The notes under the pieces are model-generated. The model saw only the letters and a program-made list of their open reading frames with translations, was not told where the DNA came from and did not search any database. A DNA stretch of 64,000 nt from Klebsormidium nitens. Taxonomy: Eukaryota; Plantae; Klebsormidiophyceae. This document shows, piece by piece, positions 47,271-59,699 of this stretch. The position numbers and the translations under genes are program-made. The stretch spans positions 96,042-160,041 of the forward strand of contig DF237124.1 of the NCBI GenBank assembly GCA_000708835.1, written 5' to 3'. The first letter of the stretch is position 1, and each line of letters starts with the position of its first letter.

Positions 47271-48489
47271 CTATTCAATGTTGGTAGCATTGGCTGGGTA
47301 CAGCGGCCCGAATGCATACTGATTTCTTGCCCTTGTGAGTAATGAGCAGGACCTTGGTCTACTCTCATATATAAGGAGAGACAAGACAGTCACAATGAGT
47401 CTCCCAAGGACTGGATCTTCGTTTGTAGACACTGACACCAGAATTTTCTTGGTTTCCAAGTTACACAAGTTTCTGCACTCCATATCTACTCTTCGCATGC
47501 ACTTCTGGCGATCTGTGAGGTCAACATGTTCATGATTGATGAGCAGGACGTTCATCACTTGGACGGCGTGGAAGCTGCAAGTTCAGTTGATGAACTGAGA
47601 TCCAGGGACTGGAGCAGAATTGCAGGCTCTTCAGGGTAAAGAAATGTTTTGCAAGGCTAGAGGAAGTAGCGCCGCAGGTCGGTCAGCCAAGTCCCTCTGG
47701 TGATTAGTCCAGCCTCCAACAACCTCAGTGCAGTATGTAGGAATGATGCATCATTCATGTAATCTTTCATTGGCAGACTGAATTTAGTCTTGAGGCAAGT
47801 CGGAACTTCGGAAGCAGCAAAAAGTGCCATGCCGCCATGGCAGCCCCAGATTCGAAGTTTCCCCGCAGAAACCTAGTCAGTCCGTCCAAACTGCGTTCGG
47901 TGCAGCGCAAAAGGTATGCTTACGTCTCTATCATACTATATACACCGTATGCTGACCAATGTCATGCAGTTCATGCATTGCTGATCCCGGAATCTTATTT
48001 TTAGAGTAGGATAAGCAGAGAAGATTATGGTGATGATTCGCAACGACGTACCAGCACACATGCACAATTATGAATCAAAGTAGAACAGATTGAGCAACAT
48101 GGCGTGAGGCCGGAATAAGGCAGTACCTGCTTCCATCAAATCAGCTGCAGCACATCATAGCGGTTGTTGGCAGCAAATACACCGCAGGCCACTCAACAAG
48201 CTTTAGCAGATTGAATGCCTACCAGCACAAAGTACAAATCTTGGTGAGCAGAGCTGGAGTGCCGTACTGGACGCCCTTGAGGGATCCCCTCAAGTATAAG
48301 GTCTTCCGTCTTGCACCAATCAAATCTCTCGAAATCTACACGTGGACCTACGGTAGGTACCGGGGCTGCAGATGACTCCGGCGGTACAATAATCGAGGCT
48401 GTTCGGTAGGTACCGTCTGCTCCGCAAGCTGACTCAGCCTCAGTCTCAGGCTCTCTGCGTTTGAGAGAGCCTGGTAAAAGCAGCTGCAA
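47271..48489 (-). other. Possible hypothetical gene or degenerate gene remnant
   Basis: Two minus-strand open frames are preceded by TTGCAG acceptor-like sites: 48193-48489 (..VDFERFDWCKTEDLILEGIPQGRP..) and 47271-47558 (..RRVDMECRNLCNLETKKILVSVS..). I could not join them into a consistent model and recognise no domain. Confidence 0.3.
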
Positions 48490-48568
48490 GCCTGCTTCTT
48501 GTTCACAATTTTGCCTTCCTCTGGAAGCAAGTTGTGTTTTCGTGCTCTGGCGCCCAGGCGATCTTTGA

Positions 48569-48638
48569 CGATCAGCGATCAGCGATTGGCGAGCAGCGTT
48601 CAGCGTTCAGCGACCAGCGACCAGCGACCAGCGATTAG
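48569..48638. repeat. 7-nt tandem repeat (CGAYCAG-like) x10 upstream of the F-box gene
   Basis: cgatcag cgatcag cgattgg cgagcag cgttcag cgttcag cgaccag cgaccag cgaccag cgattag. Confidence 0.95.
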
Positions 48639-48707
48639 TTGTAGAGGCTAGAAGAGATTTTGGAGATAGCGCGCTACCAGTTTCAGAGCATTCCCCTGCT
48701 CTGCAGC

Positions 48708-50641
48708 ATGGCGGCGTTTGTGGCAGGCCTGCTTGGCATGAGCCAGCAGGAGCTTCGCTTTCGCGTGGAGCGAGCGAAGCAGTTGACCGTCGCTCCTTTC
48801 CTGAGCCTCTACCACTCCATCTCTCCCCTCCTAGGTCTGACTGCCTCCTCTGATGATCTTCCTCTGGTTGCTGCTGCCAGTGAGGCACTCCCTCTCTCTA
48901 CTTCTTCTCAGCCTGCTCAGCTCCTCGAGGATGCGGATGGTGAACAAAACCACGCGCAATCTGACGCCTCCGCCCTCGAGCCCCTCAGCCTGAACTCCGA
49001 CGCTAAATCTCAGGAGGGAGAGCTGCAGCTTACTTTGTGCGAGCAGGGACTGTGCGCCAGGTGGGAGGCGCTGCCTCAAAGGGGAGAGCAGGAGGGGGGG
49101 ACTTTGACTTTTTGTTTGGAGGAGGGCTTGGCTGGTCGGCGGAAGGCCCTGCCTCGGGATGAGGAGGAGGGGAGTCAGTTGGTGGGGCCCGAGATTGCAG
49201 AGTTGTTACTAGCGAGGGGGGCAGCGAGCATTGCGCAGCTGGATGGGGGTTGCTTGGTCAAGATTTTTTCTCATGTGGACAACAAGACTCTTCGAGCGTG
49301 CTCCTTGGTCTGCCGCGAGTGGCTCGAGGTTTCCAGCTTTGCGCGCACGCTCATGAGTCTGCAAGAAGGCCCCCAGATCACTGCCCTCCCGACGCTGGTT
49401 GCTCGCTTTTCAAGACTAGAGACTCTGCATGTTCAAGGCCCTGAGATCCTCCCCGCATGGATGCTGCCACTAGAGAACCCGGCCTCAGGACTCCTCGCTG
49501 CAGAGCAGGCCGCTATTGTCCCGCTCGACGACTCCGCCCTGGAAATCATTGCGCGGGGTTGCCCCCGCCTGAACAAGCTGCATTTTGACTGGTGCGGTGG
49601 CATCTCTGACGCGGGGCTTGCAGTGATTCTGAGAGGTTGTTCTGGACTCACTGACTTGAGCCTTGAAGGCTGCGGGGGGATCACAGGGGCAGCGTTCAGC
49701 GGCCTAGCCTGCGGACTACAGAAGCTGGACCTGGCTAGCTGTGATGCCTTGACAAACGAAGGCTTGCTGGCGGCGGCAACAGCGTGCCCGGGGTTGAGAA
49801 GTCTGTGCGTCTCGTCCACTCCGCAAGTTCCATCCTTGGCAAATGGGTTGGAAGAGGCTGCCCGCGCACGTCCGGAACTGCAAACGCTCTGGGTCCATGC
49901 CTGTGATGTCACAGATGTGACGTTGCGCTCCATTGCTGCCAGCTGTCCCTCTCTGAGCAAGGTCGCCGTCTCGTGCGAGCGCGCCGTCACTGATGGGGGG
50001 CTTGCGGGCTTCTTAGCGGCGCTGCCCGAGCTGGAGTCGTTGACCTTGCAAAACTTGCGAGGGGTTTTGGGCATCCCACGCATCAGGTAAGGAACAGTCT
50101 TGAAAGTGAGGTCATTGTTTCCTCACCCTGCAGTGCTTTTCGTCGATCTTTGCGGGGATCTCTGCATACTGCATCTGTGGGGCTTGCAAGTTGCAATGAC
50201 TTTGGACATGTCTGAATTATCATCTAGATACTAGTATAAGTGGGCACTGCTCTTGCATTTCTTTCAAGCAGGCCCAAACTAATCAGAATCTATCTGCGCA
50301 CATGCAGTGGTTACAAGCATTTGAAGACGCTGAGCCTTGAGTACTGGTGGGACATGCCCGACCTGGTCCTTAGGGAGGTGTCTAAGGAAACGACCCTTGA
50401 GAAGTTGTGCATCGTGAGCTGCCGTCAGGTGACTGATGCCACAGTCTGTAGCATATTTGCGGGTTGCACTAATTTGAAGGTCTTGGAGTTGATTGGTAAT
50501 AAGCTGATTACAGCGGAGACGGTCAGGGCATACCTTAGAAATGGTAGGAAATGCAAACTGGAAATTAGTGAGTGCCCAGGTGCTACGAAGGACAATCTGC
50601 CTGAAGACCTGCAGGTTGTGCGAGAAGAAGTCTTCCTATAA
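48708..50641 (+). CDS. F-box / leucine-rich-repeat (FBXL-type, cysteine-containing LRR) protein (~570 aa)
   Basis: Exons 48708-50086 and 50308-50641. F-box LDGGCLVKIFSHVDNKTLRACSLVCREW. LRRs such as CPRLNKLHFDWCGGISDAGL, CSGLTDLSLEGCGGITG, LQKLDLASCDALTNEGL, LEKLCIVSCRQVTDATV. The start codon is inferred. Confidence 0.9.
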
Positions 50642-52139
50642 AAGTTCCTCAGAAAAGAGTCAATGATATGCCTTTTATCTGGTAAAGTCAAGATATCTGT
50701 GCATCAGATTCAGTCGATGCATATTATGAGTTGAATCCAATATCATATCATTACGTCGACCAAGTTTATTGACTCTATGGCTAGCATTAACTTGTCCGCG
50801 TTCCCTCCAGATGGGAAACCTTGCTTAATAGTAGCCGATGCTAGAGCTTCAAGAAAGCTGGATCCAGGTCGCGGTCAATACATAGCTGAATAGGGAACGC
50901 AGTGCCATGATATATATGCACATGGAGCATGAGCAGATATCCGAAGATTGCATGCATGTGCATTGCTCCACCAGTCTCCTCTAGGATCGAGATCAGGCTA
51001 AATGACCTGCGGTACCTATGATGAGAGGGCCTTGACGTACAATATTGGAAGGCAGAGCTGCCGAAGGGGTATGTCTTAAGTTTCTGAAATAACTTTTGCA
51101 TTGCACATGGAATCCATAACGACCCGATCGTAGTGGACTCAAGCACATGTTACACCGACGGTGACACAGGTCTCGGCGGTTGAGAGTTGATTCGTCGCGG
51201 ACATCATGCAACATTCTTATTAGCAACGGTCGCAATCAGAACGGTTCAAGACCAGAACAAGGAGCTCCAGCCTGCCGTTGAAGCGAGTTGTGCTTCATTG
51301 TGACGAGCTAGTTATGCCATAGTCATGCAATTCTGAGTTGCTTGAAAGAAACCTTCGCTGTTGATAGCAATTATCCGCTCGACGGGGCACGCTGTCAAGG
51401 AGTCCTTGTACAACATCGCCTTTGCAATACGGGTATAAGGCGTCATGTACATTGATTAGGCCGGCAAACTTTTTCAAACTTGTCCTTCGTAAATCGACTG
51501 CATCGGAAAATTGTTGCCTGCAGAGCGTGAGCACAAACAGAACGGCTGTGAAGCCTTCAGGAAAAAGCAAGCTGCCCTACCCTTGAGTCAAGGTCTTATC
51601 ATCCAAATCTACTGTTCCTTCGAGAGTAGAGATATCAAACGGTAGACAAGCGCAAGGGTGGCTTTGTACGCTGTCAATTTGCGACAGTTGCTACACGTCT
51701 CACTGCATATGTACCCGCAAAATGGAACCAGACAGTGTGCATAACAAAGTGCGTCCTATTGTGGCACTCATGACTCTGAGACTCCACATACCCCAACATC
51801 TTGATCGGCGCTAACCGACACCTCACACGTCTACTTTGCTGTGTCCCGGGTTCTCTACGGAAACCGCCGTCTGCCACGCATTGTGCCCGCCTGCAAACAC
51901 ACCACAGAAGACGACCTCTCAGATTGGCGAACCTGCTAATTACTGTGAGAGTTACCGGCCCGAGCACATCGTGCTCAACCACGTTCGAATCGCATAGCTT
52001 CACGAATGACCAGAGACAGAGACTGCACGTTAATTGCTTTCTCAAACGACTTTTCTGGCTTGTGCCCAACCCTGCGAAATCGAACTTTTTCTGATATTTA
52101 GAAATCTGAGCAGGCTCCGATCAGCTGGAGTGAACTTAC

Positions 52140-55100
52140 TTCGCGAAGCGCCTCATCCCGCTCCGCCTCCACCATGAGCAGCCGCTGCTCCAGGCTGCTA
52201 ACCGTAGCCAGTGCCCGCGTCAGCCGAACCCCGATCGCAATTTCGCTCGCCTTGGCATCATCTCGCTCACCGCCCAGCTCCCGCTCCCGTGCCTCCCACT
52301 CCTCCCGCGCCTTCCTCTGCTTGTCGTCGAAGATCTCCATCTCCGCGACAGCAGCACGCTTGACTTCTTCCGTTGCGCGCTTCGCGGCCGCGACCTGGGC
52401 CGCGGCTTCCTTCTTCTGGGCGGCGGCTTCCTTCTTCTGGGCCGCGGCGGTCTTCTCTCTCGCGACCGCCTCCTTCTTGAGCTTCTCGACCTCCGCGGCC
52501 GCCTCCGCCCTGATGGCCGCCATCTCTGCTGCCGCCGCGCGGGTAGCGGCCTGCGCTGCCTAGAGGCATCAAAGCAAAAGAGATTAAGAGAAGAGTCCAG
52601 CATGAAAGAGCAAAGCGTCGTTCTGCCCGACGAACTTCGAAAACAACGAAAAGTTGAACTCGGTTTTTCGCCCAACTTGAAGCAAGCTGACATGGTCTAC
52701 AACCAGGTTTGGACGCCTTGAACTAACCCACTTCAGGTTATCAACCGGTTAATGCAGGGTTTGAGCATGCTTTTCTGGTCCTAGAGATGGTGAAATTGAA
52801 ACCCGTCTGAAATGGTTCGATTCCTCTAAACTTGCACAACTCGAGCGAAGCTGGCGCGGGATCAGCAAAGCGCCTTCCGATTCATGTAAACGGCTCGATG
52901 TGCAGAGAGATCCTCAAGAACGTGTTAGTTCTGAACGTGTTGGGAACTTGCTGTGAACGAAGCAAACACGTAGGAAGACACGAATGCTTCCGTTTCCAAA
53001 AGTCTGGCAGACCCGGAACCAGGAGATTGCCAGTCTCAACGACTAGCTTAAGATAAGCAGAATTCGGTTGCCAAAGGTTAAGGTACGGGTTGACCAAACA
53101 ACGCTCACATTTCAGGCCTTTTGAGTCTGAAAGATGATTGTAGGAAGAAGAGCCAGCTTCGGCAGCAGAACTCACCTCTAGGACGGTCTCCACGTATTGG
53201 CGGGCGGCAACCACCTCCGCTGTCAGCCTCTCCAGCTTCTCCTCGAGCTTCGAGATGTCAGTGTCCCCGGATCCTCCCTTGGAATCCTCAGTCCCCTGCA
53301 TGAACAGAGAATGCAGGATAAAACACCTGCTGATCTTGTTGAGTCGTTCATATGTGCGGATTTATTGCTGGTGACCTAGGAAAGAGCATGGCCTCAAGAC
53401 GGCTTCGCTGAAGCAAGCGTCAGGCGCGGACCCGCAGCCACGGACCTTGCATCCGAAACCTACTTCAGCTTGTGTCATCATGGCGTCACGGATTTTATTT
53501 TACGAGGCACTCTGTGCAGTCCGGAAGCGGACATGCGTCATCGAAGCAGAGTGGTGTGACTTCGGACAGGCTGATTGCAATCCCTATTTCAGTGGTTCTC
53601 ACCTGCGCTGCGTGCGATGTTGATGCATCTCCCTGTGCCAGCTCTGCTCTGCCCTCCGCGTTTTCTTCACCCTCCACCTCACTTGCTTCCGGTCCCCCAA
53701 TCGACGAACGCAGCTTCTCCGTCGCGGCTTTGACCAACAGAGACCGCGAATCCAGCTCCTTCGCAGCCGCTTCCTCCTCTTCTTCCCCTGCTCCCACGCC
53801 GCTCTTCCTGCGTATTTCATGTGCCGCAAGCCCACCTTCCGCCAGCAAGAGTTTCACCTCAAGCGCCGCCAGCTCCCTTTTCATCTTGTTGATCTCGTCC
53901 TGGCTGCCCATTCCTCCCAGCCCGGCTTCTGCGCGCCGCGCCCCGGCCGCCAGCCCCTCATTCCCGACCGCCGCCTCGTGCCCGGCCGCGACTTTGAGGG
54001 CGGCGTCCGGCTCGATGTTGGACGCGGGCATGCGGCCGCGGATCGGCGGCGTCGGGAGCTGGCTCGGGCGGGGCTCGGACGGGTGCTCTTGAAGCAGGGA
54101 CCGGAAGGTAATGTTGGACTGCACACATGGCGAACAAGTTGCAGACTTCGGACTATTGTGACGCACCCTCAAGCCTCAACCCTATGGTCATCGTAGACGT
54201 TTCGCAACCTTGACGACCATTCAATTGAGCTTTGAGACGCACTTACTTAGAGAAATGTTGAGTAGTGGGATAGTTTCTGTGGCATACCGTGGACTGATGA
54301 CAGATCTAGCTCGCGGAAAGTACTTAGCTGATGAATGATTTGCTTCAGAGAGGATTAAAACAACAGTTTACAATCGAGATCTCGAGGAGAAGTACAAGCG
54401 AGCTGCTCAGGTCATTCTTGATGAGTTGACATCATGTCCCGGGAACTCCTGACACCCATACTGAATGCTGTTAGATAAATTGGGGAACCAGAAATCGTTT
54501 TTTGGACAAAAAAAAGCCAGAAATAGCCTGGGGGAACAAGCTGCACTACTTACCTCGTTCTCCGCTTCCGCCGACACCGATCCCCACATCTCGAACGAGC
54601 GGCGAAGCGCTGGTGACGCGCTCGCCGGTTGGCCAACCTGAAACGTGATATGCTGAGAGTCAGTCAAATGAGGATCATGCATCTTTTGATGCCTCGCTTG
54701 CCGCGAGAAGCTGTGGGCAGACAACGCAACGTCCACAGAAACGGCAGAACTATGGGGTCATCGATCACAACGATACACGGAAAAGTCAAACAGCCTGTTG
54801 GACTGTGCATGTTCTTGAACGATGGCCCACGTCCGTAGAAACCATTCATGACAGCTAGAAATTCATTCCAAAAGCACGAAAGACGGGGGCAATCTGCCTG
54901 TACCTCTGGCGAATGAGTGCGAAGGAGGCCGTAGAGAGGGTTGTCGTGGAGGGCCGCAGTTGCCGCCTTCTGGACGTTCGAACCCGTCCCTCGCGCCAAC
55001 GCAGCACCCTCAGCAGTACTGTGTGAGGCCCGGGCGCTGCGAAGAGCGGCTGCGCTGCCGCCAGTTCCGGTGGATGACGTCAGACGGGCGGGGGCGGGGG

Positions 55101-57452
55101 GGTCAGGCGTAGCGGATGACCCCTGCAAAGATGTGACGGTTTCGGGTCTGGTGCGCGCCTAGACTGTATTGCAACAGCAAGATCCTAAAACTTAAAAGTG
55201 CAGTGGACTGCAGTGCAAATCAACGAACATTAGAGAACCTCAGACACAGAATCTACTGGGGAGATTAGTTGATCCATATACTGGTATGGAAGTTTGCAAA
55301 ATCTCTGGAGAAATACAATCTAAGTTTTGTCGAACACTTGACAACGTCACTGTCCTGACACGGAAAATCTGCAATAATTCCCCCTTCTTTGCAGTCGTTG
55401 TTTCTGCACTTGTTGTTTCGCTGTTTCCCCCATTCTGACATCAACCGCTTCCATTGCTTCGTCGAATAGCCTTTGCGCCCCTTCCCGCCGAGGACAGGGA
55501 TTATCAAGCTTGCTCAATTGTAAGCAAAATTTTGCAGGAACAGCACTTGCGGCCTAGCACGAGAGACTGCTTTTGGCCTGGACATGGCGAGCACCCTCCA
55601 GATGGCTTCAGCTACCGGTCGCCCCCAGAATCCTTATCTTTAATAATGGATCTATGAGACCCGCCTAGCAGGTTTCGTTGTTGCCTAATCAATCCTTTTT
55701 GCTATGAACATGACAGAATAGCTTTGCAGAGTCGTAAACTATAATCAGAGGTCGTTTAAAACCGGCTACTTACAGCCTCGTGGAAGGTGAGCGCAGAGAG
55801 TCTTGGCGCCTCGTCGCTCATCTCTTTTTTTGGAGTGGCTGTGCGCGCCGGAGGAGTCCCCTGAAAGTGAGGAAGCAAATAGCAAAGGCTTCAAATTTAA
55901 GGTATTGCTAAAGGGTGTGGGCGTTTCGATGGCAGGGCGGAGACGGTGGGGTCTACCAAATTAGTTTATGAAGCTTTGCATTCTGATACATATCCTGTAC
56001 CGAGGGAGATGTTGAATCAATATGCTCTGTCCCCTTGTGGGGTTTTGCTGACAGCAATTGGTTATCTGAATTCTACTTGCCGCTGAAATCCGACGGGTTT
56101 GATGCTGAGTGTACTCAATTCTGAGCCTTGTATGATTCTGCCACGATTGAAGAAGCTCGGTGCAATTGAAGGACGATGTCTCAATTTGAAAACTTTCAAA
56201 ACGAATGCACCATCGAGGAAGGCACCGTCTTCACTGTCCAGGAAAGCACCTTGTTTCTTGGCCTGCTTTCAAGATACTTCTGGTTTTCAACGAGTTTTGC
56301 GTACTTGGCGAAGTAGATTGCTACATGTGAAAGCAACTGTAACCAGAATCAATAGCGGGATACCTACTCACAACTGCGTAGAATTTGAACTTCGCATCAG
56401 CGGCGGGTTTTATAAAAAGCTTTTCAAATGGTCAGGGCTGCAAACGCGTCAGGAAGACTGCACTCGCCTGCTCCTTAGTCTTGACGTCCTTCTGGTGGTG
56501 CGCCTCGCGAGTGACGGCCGTTGGCGACGTCACTCGCTCTTTGCCACTTCTCGGGGTCGTGCGAGTGGACACCGCGCGGCCGCGAGCATCACCGGCGTCG
56601 GCCGGTCGTCCTTCCTTCTCGGGGGACTTTACCTGGATAAGGCGCGAAATACAAAGATATCATTTAAGAGCTCTTTTGAAGGCAAGACGAAGATTCTGTC
56701 TCCAATGCTTGCAGGGCCACTTAGTTTCAATAGCAGAAGATTCCAGATTGGAGCAAATGATACTTCGAAAAGGTTCAGTTTGTGCACAGAATCACCCATT
56801 CGCCAATGACATGTCCCGTCACCAGCTCCTGGCAGTCGAAGCTCTGACCAAGCTGACTTGGAAGCGATTGCACAAGAAGATGCGACCTTGTCTGGACCAT
56901 TGAATAATCGTTATACCTTGAACAGACACTAGACTCGTCGACAAGCATCACAGCTAGCTCTGAAGACTTTAATTTCAAGTGCCTCAAGCTCTGATTCCTG
57001 CCGGTGTTTCCAACCGATTGTCTTTCTACCATGATCAATCGATCAAGTTTTCAGCCTTACATTGAATTTGACCGAACTTTGTCTAGTTTGATCAGCTTGC
57101 TTACAAACCTACCCGATCAGGCAGGCGTTCTAGACATGAGCTGGTAGCATGGCCAAAAGATTCACGTGAGAATGAGTCACTTGTGAAAGGATCAAATGTC
57201 GTCTACTTAGATTGCTGAGAAGGTTGCAGTAAGTATCTATCGAATTTAGCAAGGAGTGGCAACAATTATCCAGCTTGTTTTGCTTACATGCAAAGTCCTT
57301 CCACAATGCAAATTTCCTTTTCTGCAATGCAAATTCTCGTACTGGAGGACGGTTGAAAACGTTACCGATTTGTGGACATCCTTGGCTTTGCCCTTGGCCT
57401 TGCGGGCTGCCTCCTCTTCTCCAAAGCGGGAGCTCTTCAAAAACATGACGAT
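52140..57452 (-). CDS. Lineage-specific low-complexity/coiled-coil protein (partial model; first and last exons unresolved, may extend to ~51300 and ~58400)
   Basis: Exons 57452-57366, 56632-56468 (GC donor), 55860-55774, 55122-54904, 54637-54554, 54118-53603, 53295-53176, 52559-52140. Each is an open frame bounded by YAG and GT/GC and is a multiple of 3. Ala/Glu/Lys-rich heptads (EINKMKRELAALEVKL, AAAQKKEAAAQKKE, LEQRLLMVEAERDEAL). An open frame at 51295-51570 may be a terminal exon. Confidence 0.65.
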
Positions 57453-59699
57453 CTGTCAGAACAGATTGTCACTTCGTCAGAAAACGATTTTCTTGTGATC
57501 TGATACTCTACTAGTATGCAACGATAAACTGCCAACTTATGATACTCTACTCTGAAAGCGTACTCGAGTCCTTGGACAGTGGCTGCAATACATTGCACGC
57601 AACTGGCTCAACCACTCTTCAAATCCTGGACTGACAGCAGTGCTCAGAAAGGATGCGATTGCTACATGGCCCTAATGCATCACGGAACTTCAATCTTATG
57701 CGATGCAACTCGTCATGCAAACTTTTTCTTTTTACGATTTGAAAATCCTCTTGAAAGGATTGACTGACCTTTCTGGCTTGCTAGGAGTGTTGGAGCTTGC
57801 AATCCTCCTTAAATCTTCCTGACAGGTCTCTCTCCACAAGAGCCTATATTTTGTTTGCGGCTGTAATATGCAGAATCGCTTCCTTCCCTCATGCACCTGA
57901 TGGATTAAAGCAGAAGTCAATGCTCGAATTAAAAGCTCATGCGCTAATTGGATCCTCAAGTCACGCCCAGGATTGACTCATCGCAGCGCGCTGCACAGCG
58001 ATCAAAGCTGCTTCTTCCTCGTGCTTCGTAGCAGATTGACCGAACTGCAAGGACGCTGATCTTTCAAGAGGAGTCAAACACCACCAGGAAGCAGATTGCA
58101 GCAGCCGCAACCATTAAACTTGCGAAGCAGAGAACCTCAATGCAGAGGTCTGAGAAGTTTGTGAGAGAAAGCGCATTGCAGGCAGTCATTCCTCCCCCTC
58201 TCCCTGTCCCGAGTTGCACAGGAAAGGCCTTCTTTCGACGAAGTGTTCGCTTCGTCGTGCCTGTCAGCAGTAGAATCAAATGCATCGGTGTCTCTCCAAT
58301 TGGGGCCTCAATCTGCTGAAGTGATCAGGCCCCGCTCAAAGCGTGTGCTGACTAGACAGCGGATGCTGACATTCAAGCCTTCGTCATCCATTTGGAGCTG
58401 ACTGGCATCATTGCATTGACGTAATCATCAAGCCACGCCATGTGCTGAATGTCTTGAAAGAACAAACAGAACAAGCGGATTGCATGAAATCCGATATGAT
58501 ATTGGTCGTATGCACGCGCCATTTTTGCACAGAAACTTTAGTTGCTCTTCGAAGACTCACAGTGCCTCATGTATGCTTATGCCAGACTGGTCAAGGCTTA
58601 TCCCTGTCCTTAATTACTAGTATGTCCCATGCAAAACTGCGATTGCTAGAAACAGAGGCCCATGTATATTGGCATGTACTATCGCAAGTCACCTTACCTA
58701 CGATCCCTTCTAGACTTGCAAAAGACGAGCTAGCCACCTCCAGATCAAGCTAACGACCACTTCGCGCCTCAAGTGCAACGAATGGCTGGAACCACCATTC
58801 CATGCGTGCAACAAGAGGTTTTTGATTATCTAAGGGAGATAAGGTAGTAAAAGTCACTTAAAAATCGCCTTTGCCGATGCTATAATGTCCATGCATGACA
58901 TGGCCGGTTCATTGGACGCTCTTGAGTCATGCAGCGGTCGAACAACCCGGGACATAGTAATGTTGCAGATTAATTAACATTGCATAAGCGAATCATGACG
59001 GCCGCGAACTTGTTCACCGCTGTCATGAAACATATTAGGAAATTGTCACCACGCAGCGTGCTACAGGCACAATTATAAGCATTTGTGCTCAGTTGCTGAT
59101 CCCCCAACTCGAGGTGGTATTCCTGCCCCAGCACTTCTTCCATCCAGGTTGGGAACTGTCGCTAGTCTCTATCTTGGGTACGTAAGCTAAGTATGAGAAT
59201 GTGTAAAAATCAAACAGTCGTCGTTAAGTCAAAATTGATGCAGGAAAATGAAAATATAACATCGAAGTGCTTTTCGAAGTCAGAAACGAGCCCGTAACTT
59301 CCAATCTCTGCAAAAGAGCAATTCTTCCGTACGCGTCTTTTTATAATTGGATGGACTGTGATCATGATAGACCGTCCTCATGCAGAGGGGTCTAGGGGTC
59401 AGAGCCCGAGCCCTGCCAAGCGATCAAATTTATGCATTCCAAATCTGGAATATATGTCCAAGATCGATATCGGACATGCTTACGGAGCCTTGAAAAGGGC
59501 TCCGCGTCCAGCCACCGTAATCCATAAGCCCACAACACGCGCCTGTAGCATGATATGGGTGTCAACAATGGTTCTACAATCGGCTGCCTGATCCGAAAAC
59601 GAAGACAATAAGCAGCCGTTCCAGGCGGAGACTTAAACACACAGGCAGGCTTCTTCACCGTTTCCTTTTCCTCGCTTTTTTAGCGCTACAACATCAACG

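Noticed and set aside
56099-56903. Long plus-strand ORFs (236 aa and 172 aa)
   Set aside because: They have no recognisable composition or domain and overlap a better-supported minus-strand exon (56632-56468).
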